A stretch of DNA of 47,487 bases, from assembly GCA_964508365.1 (NCBI GenBank), contig CAZDTP010000027.1, positions 1-47,487 on the forward strand, given 5' to 3'. The stretch's first letter is position 1. Each line of letters starts with the position of its first letter. The notes under the pieces were generated by a model, which saw only the letters and a list, made by a program, of their open reading frames with translations, was not told the origin of the DNA and made no database searches. Both the position numbers and the translations under genes were made by a program. This document shows, in pieces, positions 1 through 7,754 of the stretch. Source of the DNA: an uncultured archaeon (GTDB taxonomy: Archaea > Asgardarchaeota > Lokiarchaeia > Sigyniarchaeales > SOKP01).

Positions 1-89
1 AACATTTACAGTAAACATTGGTCTACAAAAAATTATATATCTCAAATCTATTTATATTATATAAAAACACGAAAAATAGATGTTTGAAA

Positions 90-716
90 ATGGGTTTTCT
101 TAAAGATATGAGTAATTGGCTCTCAGGAGGCAAGAAAAAAGATACTGTTCGTTCTGCAACCGTCAAACTTAAAGTATTTAACAAGAGATTGATGAGACAG
201 ACGAAGAAAATGGAAATTACAGCAAAACAAGCTCGAGATAAAGCTGTTAGATTACGAAAGGCTGGTGATATGGATGGATCCGAATTCCACGCACGAAATT
301 ATCTTCAAGTTAAAAAACAGGCTAGAGCAATTGACCATTTTAGAACGAACTTAGAAGGAATGGTGTTTAAACTTGAGCAAGCTAACGCAGTTAAAGATAT
401 TTCTGACATTATGACAGGCATCGCTGCTAGTTTAGGTGCTTTAAAGAACCAATTGTCAGTCCCCCAACTAACAGAATTAATGACCGAAATCGGAGTTGAT
501 ATGGAAGACTTTGAAGTAACACAAGAAATTACTTCGGATGGAATCGATGATATGACTTTAGATACTGCTGTCTCAGATAGTCAAGTAAAAGAAGTATTAG
601 GCGAAATCGATGCTGAGATTCAGGTTGAAGTTGGTGGAGCATTACCATCAATAGATCCTGATGGTAAAGTTAAAGAATTAGAAGAAGAGTTAAATAAATT
701 GAAATCACGAGATTAG
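90..716 (+). CDS. ESCRT-III protein, Vps2/24/46 (CHMP1-like) class
   Basis: All-helical Snf7-like protein. It has an amphipathic N-terminus MGFLKDMSNWLSGG, a basic N-half and acidic C-half, the segment HARNYLQVKKQARAIDHFRTNLEGMVFKLEQA resembling CHMP1 helices 1-2, and a MIM1-like C-terminal helix ELEEELNKLK. ATG at 90 is preferred over the track's start at 18. Confidence 0.85.
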   Translation: MGFLKDMSNWLSGGKKKDTVRSATVKLKVFNKRLMRQTKKMEITAKQARDKAVRLRKAGDMDGSEFHARNYLQVKKQARAIDHFRTNLEGMVFKLEQANAVKDISDIMTGIAASLGALKNQLSVPQLTELMTEIGVDMEDFEVTQEITSDGIDDMTLDTAVSDSQVKEVLGEIDAEIQVEVGGALPSIDPDGKVKELEEELNKLKSRD

Positions 717-821
717 ATATCAGCAATATTTAGTTCCTCTTCCTTCCTACCTACCAAAATTTTTTAAGGTTATACTCTATTTTTAATTTATTCTTAAACT
801 CAATTTAAATGAGTGTTAAAA

Positions 822-1829
822 ATGAATCCAGAACTAATAGCAATTGGTAGTTGTACACTTGATTGTATGCTACAAGTTAAAGATATTCTTAGATTTGAGC
901 TTTTTGATAAGGATCTCGTTAAAAAATATACAGCAATTGAATATAGTCGCAAATTGAATGTAGAAGGAGTTTTATTCGTTCCAGGAGGTTCCGCTGCTAA
1001 TATTGCTTCAAATAGCGCAATGTTAGGCTTAAATAGTGCTTACATTGGGATATTAGGCAATGATTTTTCTGCTAATATATGTTTAGATGATATGAAAAAG
1101 AGGGGCGTTGACCTGTCGAATGTCATTCAAACTGATGAGGATTGTACTGCTTTTTCTGTAATTCTAAAAACAGATTGGGGAAAAGATCGAAGTATTTTAG
1201 CATATAAAGGTGCAAATAACATGTTGAAACCCGAGGATGTCAAAGAAGATTTTTTTCAAAATATCAAAGCTTTTGCTTGGACTTCCTTGACTTCAGAAAA
1301 TGGATGCAAAGCAATCGAAAAAGCACTTACTCTTACATTAGAAAATAATGGAAAAGTCTTTGCTGCTCCTAGTATGTCAATCATTAAAAATAGTCCAAAA
1401 TGGGCGAAAATTTTAATCTCGAACTCAGATGTCGTGTCGTTAAATAAAGAAGAAGCCCAAGAATTTACAGAGGAGACAGATAAAATTCCAATGATTCATA
1501 AATTTTTAGATATGGGAGTAAAACTAATATCTATTACTGACGGACCAAAAGGATCCATAATCTCAGACGGTCAAACCATTGTAAATAGTTCTATTTACGA
1601 AGGACCAGTTGAAGACACAACGGGTGCTGGAGATGCTTTCCTTAGTGGTCTTTTAATATCTCAACTCAATGGATTTACTTTAGAGAAATCTTCTAAGATG
1701 GCAACCGCAATGTCCTATTTAGAAAGTAAGGAGATTGGAGTTCGAGAGGGTTTACCTAACAGTTTGAAAGAATTAGAAGATTTTATTAATACTAATCCGA
1801 TAAAACAGATCGTATCTAAAATTGTATAA
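822..1829 (+). CDS. PfkB/ribokinase-family carbohydrate kinase
   Basis: N-terminal PGGSAANIA motif and C-terminal DTTGAGDAF signature. ATG at 822 (GTG at 813 is an alternative). Confidence 0.92.
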   Translation: MNPELIAIGSCTLDCMLQVKDILRFELFDKDLVKKYTAIEYSRKLNVEGVLFVPGGSAANIASNSAMLGLNSAYIGILGNDFSANICLDDMKKRGVDLSNVIQTDEDCTAFSVILKTDWGKDRSILAYKGANNMLKPEDVKEDFFQNIKAFAWTSLTSENGCKAIEKALTLTLENNGKVFAAPSMSIIKNSPKWAKILISNSDVVSLNKEEAQEFTEETDKIPMIHKFLDMGVKLISITDGPKGSIISDGQTIVNSSIYEGPVEDTTGAGDAFLSGLLISQLNGFTLEKSSKMATAMSYLESKEIGVREGLPNSLKELEDFINTNPIKQIVSKIV

Positions 1830-1862
1830 CATACAATTCTAATTACACTCTAAATTTGAAAT

Positions 1863-2725
1863 GTGCTTAAATCCAAATATTCGAAACCGATTCTCTTTTT
1901 ATTTTTTATTGTATTTTTATTTTGGGTCTTTCTATCGCTCTCTCACTATCAATTCCTCATCTAGATTTAACGTATTTTATTCCTATTCGAGATGTAGGTA
2001 TTGAAATTGGTTTAATTTTCATTATAATTATGCCATTTTCTTCTATCATAGGAATGCTGATAGGTGGATATCTTTTCGCTCCTTTATTTCTTTACATTCA
2101 TAAAAAGATTTTCGGTTCTAAAGTCGAATACGGGATTTATCAAAAGGAATATAAAGATTTCAAATTCCTTACTGAGGGTTTATTCACTTCACTTATGACT
2201 ATCAACATATCTCTCCTTTTAACCACACCAATTATCATAGCATTATCCGTTGGTTCAGATCCAGACAGTTTTATTGATGAACTTACTACTTTTCTCGCCT
2301 TATTAATGTTTGCAGTTGGCATAGCAAGTAGCTTGTTTGCAACTACGTGATTCCTTATGGATTCTGGCATTTTGTATTCTAAATTAAAAAAAGCTAATGA
2401 TATACATAAGCCAATTGAAATTAGGTCTGTAGGGAGGTGGTATGGACAATTTTTGAAAGGATATGCTGGACTATCCGTCGTGTTCTCTTATATTGAATTT
2501 ATGGAGTTATTTATCCCTCAACTCGCTAATGATCTCTCTGTACCACTGTTTATTATGCTTTTGATTGTATTTGTACCATTTCCGTTGATAGTAGTTATTC
2601 CGCTAATTCCTGCTTTAATATTATTAGATCGTCTAAAAGAAAAGCGGAACAGATTCATAAGAGAAAAAGCGAGAAAATTCGGGATATCGTCTAACGCAGA
2701 AGTTACTTTTGAATTAAAAAGCTAA
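1863..2725 (+). pseudogene. Polytopic membrane protein interrupted by an in-frame TGA (2348-2350) and a probable -1 frameshift in the T-runs at ~1896-1923
   Basis: Track ORFs 1922-2350 and 2357-2725 are in the same frame, separated only by TGA-TTC-CTT (SSLFATT*FLMDSGILYSK). GTG at 1863 gives a natural N-terminus VLKSKYSKPILFLFFIVFLF that joins LGLSIALS if one T is restored. Confidence 0.6.
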
Positions 2726-2818
2726 GCTGAAAAACATATCTTTCTAAGTTTTATGTTAAAAGATTAAATTTTAATTTCTTAGTGTATTTTTCATATCATT
2801 AAAGAACTTAAATAAAAA

Positions 2819-2950
2819 GCGCTGCTAGTATAGTTCGGCTGATTCTTAATCAGTCGAGTATAATGGTTAGTATGCCAGGTTGCCAAGAGATTTTTACCTA
2901 AAAATTCTCGCAATAACTTGGCGACCCGGGTTCGATTCCCGGGCGGCGCA
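2819..2950 (+). tRNA. trnG-GCC: tRNA-Gly(GCC) with two introns (2834-2863 at position 15/16; 2886-2915 at 37/38)
   Basis: The acceptor stem GCGCTGC(2819-2825)/GCGGCGC(2943-2949) pairs fully. T-arm is CCGGG-TTCGATT-CCCGG, anticodon arm is CCAGG-TT-GCC-A/A-CTTGG. Removing both 30-nt introns gives a 72-nt cloverleaf with G15-C48. CCA is not encoded. Confidence 0.93.
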
Positions 2951-2951
2951 T
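2935..2951 (+). repeat. att/TSD-like direct repeat, left copy (tRNA-Gly 3' end)
   Basis: ATTCCCGGGCGGCGCAT, versus ATTTCCGGGTGGCGCAT at 3966-3982 (15/17 identical). Confidence 0.75.
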
Positions 2952-2983
2952 TCTTTTTATATATACATTATCCATACCAGAGC

Positions 2984-3015
2984 AATAATTATTTACCTCG
3001 GAGGTAAAAAATTCA
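2984..3015. repeat. 32-bp palindromic site, copy A
   Basis: AATAATTATTTACC-TCGG-AGGTAAAAAATTCA. Arms AATTATTTACCT/AGGTAAAAAATT are 11/12 complementary. It is 27/32 identical to 3899-3930. Confidence 0.75.
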
Positions 3016-3356
3016 AGAACAACGATAATTCTATTTTGGATTAAGATTACTAACCCATTTCTAAAATACTTCCAAAAAGGAAAGATGTTGGAAATCACTA
3101 CTCAATAATAGTTTAACCAGTATTCTTTTTTGGAGAATTCATCATTGAAAAGATAAAACTTTCATTTTGTTATAGTTAAATTGATAACCAAAATCGTAAA
3201 TTCATAATAAAATAATGATATAGCATATCATTAACTAAAGTAAATTTTAATCAAAATAAAAGAATTGAGAATAATGCAATTGAGGATCAGGTAATTCATT
3301 TCCATTGTTATTTGAATAAACTTCAATTTCTATAATATGAAATAACAAAAGAAAAA

Positions 3357-3551
3357 TTAAGGAGTAATCCTAACTTGCATAATTCTATGATTTGGAAAAA
3401 AATCGATTTTTCCTTCTTCCATTCCAGATATTAGTAATCCAGAATTCATTAATTTATAATCAGCTTTTTTTAGGATTATATCTGGTAAGTGAGAAGGTCT
3501 TTTATGACCTATCAACCAAATTTTAATTTCTGCTGCTTTATCCCATTCCAT
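3357..3551 (-). CDS. Small hypothetical protein (64 aa), predicted beta-rich, inside the tRNA-linked element
   Basis: Clean ATG-TAA ORF with protein-like composition in otherwise stop-rich AT-rich DNA. No family recognised. Confidence 0.55.
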   Translation of the reverse strand: MEWDKAAEIKIWLIGHKRPSHLPDIILKKADYKLMNSGLLISGMEEGKIDFFPNHRIMQVRITP

Positions 3552-3610
3552 TTTAAATTCAACAATAGAAAGTTTAATTATAATATAGAATTAGAAATTT
3601 AAAAACAATG

Positions 3611-3757
3611 TTAGTAATTCTTTAATATTTCTTCCTTAGATAATCCCATCTTTACTAATTCATTGATTTTATAATAAAGTCTCCTGAAATATGGATCACA
3701 TGGTCATAGTATATTTTGGTGTTTCCAGGGAGATTTTTTACTTTTATTATTTAACAT
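3611..3757 (-). pseudogene. Small ORF (48 codons) with an in-frame TGA at codon 18
   Basis: GGAGGA precedes ATG 3757. Reads MLNNKSKKSPWKHQNIL*PCDPYFRRLYYKINELVKMGLSKEEILKNY, with TGA at 3706-3704. Below the ORF-track length cutoff. Confidence 0.4.
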
Positions 3758-3898
3758 GATCCTCCTGATAAAAAATATAAGCCCTTAATTTATAAAGGAA
3801 AAGTCATTATTATTTTACTAATTTCGATAAGATTCATTGATAGATTGAACGAAATACAATGATATTCCCGGGTATTGTCGGACAATCTCTAAAAACTA

Positions 3899-3930
3899 AA
3901 TAATTATTTACCCTAAAGGTAAAAAATTCA
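3899..3930. repeat. 32-bp palindromic site, copy B
   Basis: AATAATAATTTACC-CTAA-AGGTAAAAAATTCA. Differs from copy A at one arm position and the 4-nt centre. Confidence 0.75.
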
Positions 3931-3965
3931 CTGGTGGTATATATATTGTATACTTTTGTCGGAAA

Positions 3966-3982
3966 ATTTCCGGGTGGCGCAT
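3966..3982 (+). repeat. att/TSD-like direct repeat, right copy (degenerate tRNA-Gly 3' end)
   Basis: ATTTCCGGGTGGCGCAT, a GC-rich word in AT-rich DNA, with two C-to-T differences from 2935-2951. Followed by a T-tract like the left copy. Confidence 0.75.
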
Positions 3983-4353
3983 ACCTTTTTTTATTTTACA
4001 GAATTTATTAAATAAAATTAAACTTTGTTAGATTATGAGAAACTAAAAGGTTTTTTCACTTGGATAATAAAGAAGTTGGTAGATAGTGGGACAAAAATGC
4101 AGATAGTTGGATTTCGATAGATTCAAATAGAAAACTATTGTTTTACAAATATTATAGTAAAACAACTAAACAATCATATTTGTATTAATTTTTACCATAA
4201 AGCTTACTAGTCTTTCTATTGATCAATTATTAGGAAATTAGCTCAACGGAATATCCTCGTCTCATCCAGATACCTATCTCACTTCGTGAAAGGTGTGTTT
4301 CACGATCTATATTACATGAATTCTAAAAATTTTAAAAAAAAAGGTTAAAATTT

Positions 4354-6048
4354 TTACGATCTTCTAACTATTGGTATCGGTTCTTTCAAGCCATAATGAA
4401 GCATAAAAAATCCCATTACTAAAACATAAAGCGCCAAACTTGGCCAAAAAGAAGCCCATGGTGCATCGAATAAATGGAGTCTTGCGGTACTGATATCGAT
4501 CCCTAATTGTACAAGCAACGGATTGGACAATCCAAGAAAGCCTATTGCTTCGAACAGCAAAATATTGAATGCCATGAATAATGGGAAATATGCAATTACT
4601 TTCTTTGTGGTTAATTTAAAGCTGTAATTTCCCTTACTGATTAATAAAGTGACTCCTGGGATCATATACATTGCCATAATGCTTATTATTACTAAAATAT
4701 TACTCCCTAAAATACTTAGGAATATAAAGAGCATTATAATACTAGGTACAATGAAAAGGATTACCATAAGCCCCAATACTAACTCTTTTACCCACCTATG
4801 AACTTTAGATAGATAACCAAATGATAATCCTATCACAATTCCTATGAGAACAGACAAGCTGCAAACTATTATCGATGTTGATACACCATACGCTAATAAT
4901 CCAAGTACATCGCGTCCATATTTAGTTTGTCCTAAGGGATGAGTCGCAGATGGCTGATCCCAAGCCCCTGGATAAATGCCCGTTACTTGCTGTAATGTCA
5001 ATGGCGTCAATATTTGTGGAAATATAGCAACAATAATACTAAACGCTACAATCGCTAATCCAATTATTGTTAATGGAGATTTTAAGCGATAAAGTGTAAA
5101 ATCTTTAAATGTCTGGTCTGTATTGAAGTCGTATCGAGCGCCTTCTTCAACCATTTGCTCGGTTCTCCCGAGGTATTTAGTAATAATTTTCGATCGGCTT
5201 TCTTCTAAGAAGTAATTGTAAATTGTGTAAAAGATGTTTGATAGCAATAGAATAATTGCGGGAAGTACGATTAGAATAAATACGCATGCCCTGACTAACC
5301 AGTAGTCACTATTTCGAATTGCACTCATAAAAAGATCAAAAAATCCATGTATTCCAAAGGTAACTTCGAGAAGGAAAATGCTGGTAATTAATATGCTTAA
5401 ATTAAAGATTATTTTCATGCTGTTGGATAAAATATGTTTTTCCTCTGATTTCTTCAAATAATTAGAACGAACTTGTCTTGTCGTGAGAAATAAAGTTAAC
5501 AGAAATAATATACAAGACGGTAAAAATGGATCTCCAAAGACTGAAAAAATTCCCAATTGATATACAAAAGTGTATTGGGCCCACATTGCTACGACAAACA
5601 TTGACATCGAAATTCCTAAAATAATGAGAATTTGAATCAATAGTTTGATCAATCTGTATCTAACTTTAACTGATAATATACCTAGTACAATACCTGTGAT
5701 TAAGCCTAAAACAATCGATAATATTGTAAATTCAATAGTTGCTGGAATTCTCGCAGTTAAAAGTTCAATTACTGGTTGATATGGTGCGATAGCCATAGAA
5801 ATCCCTAGATTTCCTGAAAAGAGATCAGAAAGATATCTAAAGAACTGGACAATCAACGGTTGATCGAGCCCTAATAAATGAAGCATCGTATAATATTCTT
5901 CTGCTGTAAAATTATGAGGTAGATATGCAAGAACTGGGTCACCGGGAAGTAATCGAATAAACAGAAAACTCAGAACCAATCCGAAAAAGAATGGTATGAT
6001 AGAGAGTAAAATGGTATAAATTATGTTTCTAATAACAACTTTTAACAT
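4354..6048 (-). CDS. Fused DppB/OppB-DppC/OppC-type ABC permease, both EAA loops apparently deleted
   Basis: N-half has LLPGDP, LGLDQPLIVQFFRYL and RIPATIE (DppB-like). C-half has PSATHPLGQTKYGRDV and EAIGFLG (DppC-like). Start set at MLKVVIRN (6048). Confidence 0.85.
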   Translation of the reverse strand: MLKVVIRNIIYTILLSIIPFFFGLVLSFLFIRLLPGDPVLAYLPHNFTAEEYYTMLHLLGLDQPLIVQFFRYLSDLFSGNLGISMAIAPYQPVIELLTARIPATIEFTILSIVLGLITGIVLGILSVKVRYRLIKLLIQILIILGISMSMFVVAMWAQYTFVYQLGIFSVFGDPFLPSCILFLLTLFLTTRQVRSNYLKKSEEKHILSNSMKIIFNLSILITSIFLLEVTFGIHGFFDLFMSAIRNSDYWLVRACVFILIVLPAIILLLSNIFYTIYNYFLEESRSKIITKYLGRTEQMVEEGARYDFNTDQTFKDFTLYRLKSPLTIIGLAIVAFSIIVAIFPQILTPLTLQQVTGIYPGAWDQPSATHPLGQTKYGRDVLGLLAYGVSTSIIVCSLSVLIGIVIGLSFGYLSKVHRWVKELVLGLMVILFIVPSIIMLFIFLSILGSNILVIISIMAMYMIPGVTLLISKGNYSFKLTTKKVIAYFPLFMAFNILLFEAIGFLGLSNPLLVQLGIDISTARLHLFDAPWASFWPSLALYVLVMGFFMLHYGLKEPIPIVRRS

Positions 6049-6168
6049 TTTATTCCGCTCGTTTTTTTTTAATGAATTTTGGCAGTACGTATCATTAAGA
6101 CAATTATGTATATAAATATAGCGGACTCTTAACATTACAAAAATATTTCCAAATAATAACAGATTTCG

Positions 6169-7014
6169 TTATAGAGTACTGAGAAAATTAGAAACCACTG
6201 AAGCTCTTGGGATCTTAACCTTGAAATAATTTTCAACTATCTCGTAAAGAAACTCTAAGTATGCTAATTGGATTTTAACGTTGTGAACATTCGCTATCTC
6301 TTCAATTACCTCTATAGAAATAAGTTTCTCTTTCTTTTTTAAATTTTTGACTCTATCAACAATAGTTTCAGAAAGTTCGTAAGTTTTTTGGATTCCATTA
6401 TGCAAATAAATAACGCTTGGAATAAGTTCGTATTCTTCTAAAAATTTTCTTACTAAAGTTCTTTCAATAGTGATCTTCTTTGGATTAAGAATATCCTCGT
6501 TATCCTGAAGAATTTGGTTGTTTTTTAGTACAATATAATCTTTAAAATTCTCGGGTTGATATTGTTCTTCTGATATTATCAGTATAGAGGCGTCAAAGGA
6601 ATTTTTCGTTATGTAATCAAAAAAATTGTGAACTTGATCAACCATAAATGCTTGATCAGTAAGTATCAATACTTTTTTCTTAAGAAAAATCGCTCGAATT
6701 ATGTTTACTATTAAGGAGGCTGTTAAATTAAGTTTGATAAGGCTCACATCAATTGCTTCTAATTGAGGAGGAGTTTCAGGTTCTTGAACTTGTGGGGAAG
6801 TTATTTCAGGAAGCTCTAGTTGAAAATCTGCTATGAAAGTGTCTCTTATTGTAAGATTTTTATCGATGTAAGCAACGAAAGAATGTTCACAAGTTATTCC
6901 TTCTGAGACATTTACTGCAAAAACTCCTCTTGCGGCTTTTTCCACTTCTTCCTCTGAGATTTCAATATAACCTCTATTTAAGCAAGATGGACATCGAACT
7001 TCGAGCTTCTTTAT
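6169..7014 (-). CDS. Hypothetical protein with an N-terminal Zn-binding motif (CPSC...CEH); apparent ATA start
   Basis: The frame stays open upstream of the track's GTG (6945) through IKKLEVRCPSCLNRGYIEIS to an in-frame TAA at 7017-7015. GAGGT at 7027-7023 lies 8 nt before ATA 7014. Confidence 0.7.
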   Translation of the reverse strand: MKKLEVRCPSCLNRGYIEISEEEVEKAARGVFAVNVSEGITCEHSFVAYIDKNLTIRDTFIADFQLELPEITSPQVQEPETPPQLEAIDVSLIKLNLTASLIVNIIRAIFLKKKVLILTDQAFMVDQVHNFFDYITKNSFDASILIISEEQYQPENFKDYIVLKNNQILQDNEDILNPKKITIERTLVRKFLEEYELIPSVIYLHNGIQKTYELSETIVDRVKNLKKKEKLISIEVIEEIANVHNVKIQLAYLEFLYEIVENYFKVKIPRASVVSNFLSTL

Positions 7015-7174
7015 TTATAAAAACCTCATTATTGTAATTTAAATCAATTTTAAAGATTTTCTCGCAGATACAATTAAATTTTAAACGATCAATTATATAA
7101 AGTTTAGCTGAGAGAAAAAATAAAAATTATTATAGAATATACAATTCTTTCAAGATTGTATAGTTTGTGAAAGG

Positions 7175-7654
7175 TTAAAACCTTTTTATCTTTGCATATT
7201 TCTTTTCAATCAGGTTAGCTATAAGTAATGAGATTAGTGTTGCTAAATTTTCAGAAATCAAAAATGCAATTACACTATCTAAAAAAATCAGACATATCCC
7301 GTAGGTACAGATAAATATAATAGCAAAAATAGGAAAAACTATTATTATCGGTCTAATAATGGGAAAATATAGTATTTTTTGAAATTTAGATGACTCCAAC
7401 CTTGATTTTTGAAATTGATTTCTGAATTTCTTCCTCTTTTCAACTTGGACAAAAGATTCAAATATAATAACTACACCAAAAAACAGAGCTATGGTTGTGC
7501 CAATCGGTATTAATATTACGACTACATAATTCCCTACTCCCAGTATATATTGAGCTAAAAATATAAACAAGACTTGAAAAATTCCACACGCACCGAATAG
7601 CATTAGAGCAATTGGTATGTATTCCTTTGATGTCCAGCGAAATCTTATCGGCAT
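7175..7654 (-). CDS. Hypothetical membrane protein (about 4 TM segments)
   Basis: Four hydrophobic stretches. Start moved to ATG 7654 because the longer track ORF overlaps tRNA-Val. Confidence 0.75.
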   Translation of the reverse strand: MPIRFRWTSKEYIPIALMLFGACGIFQVLFIFLAQYILGVGNYVVVILIPIGTTIALFFGVVIIFESFVQVEKRKKFRNQFQKSRLESSKFQKILYFPIIRPIIIVFPIFAIIFICTYGICLIFLDSVIAFLISENLATLISLLIANLIEKKYAKIKRF

Positions 7655-7677
7655 TTTAATCCTTGTATTTTGTAATA

Positions 7678-7754
7678 TGGTGGGCCCGGCGCGATTTGAA
7701 CGCACGACCTTCTGCACGTCAAGCGGACGTCATACCGAGCTAGACCACGGGCCC
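7678..7754 (-). tRNA. trnV-GAC: tRNA-Val(GAC), CCA encoded, no intron
   Basis: Reverse complement is GGGCCCGTGGTCTAGCTCGGTATGACGTCCGCTTGACGTGCAGAAGGTCGTGCGTTCAAATCGCGCCGGGCCCACCA. Complete cloverleaf with one C29-A41 mismatch. Confidence 0.95.

Larger units (their letters stand above)
2952..3982. mobile_element. Small non-autonomous or decayed element inserted at the tRNA-Gly 3' end
   Basis: Bounded by a 15/17 direct repeat of the tRNA 3' end, with imperfect inverted termini and paired palindromes. Two small minus-strand ORFs lie inside. No integrase or transposase is present. Confidence 0.6.

Noticed and set aside
1-89. 24-codon N-terminal extension of the ESCRT-III ORF from TTG 18, and a possible minus-strand start (MFTVNV) at 18-1
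   Set aside because: The extension is AT-rich promoter-like sequence, and ATG 90 gives the typical ESCRT-III N-terminus. Six codons at the window edge cannot support a gene call.
2348-2818. Selenocysteine recoding of the TGA at 2348-2350
   Set aside because: There is no redox-motif context and no SECIS-like AUGA/GA hairpin in the 93-nt 3' gap before tRNA-Gly.
2898-3098. Track ORF of 66 aa on the minus strand
   Set aside because: It runs antisense through the tRNA-Gly intron and 3' exon, with no start context.
4268-4305. Hairpins AGATA-CC-TATCT and TCGTGAAA-GGTGTG-TTTCACGA
   Set aside because: These are real inverted repeats, but short and single-copy. They are most simply a 3' UTR structure of the permease gene, and no dif or SECIS consensus could be supported.
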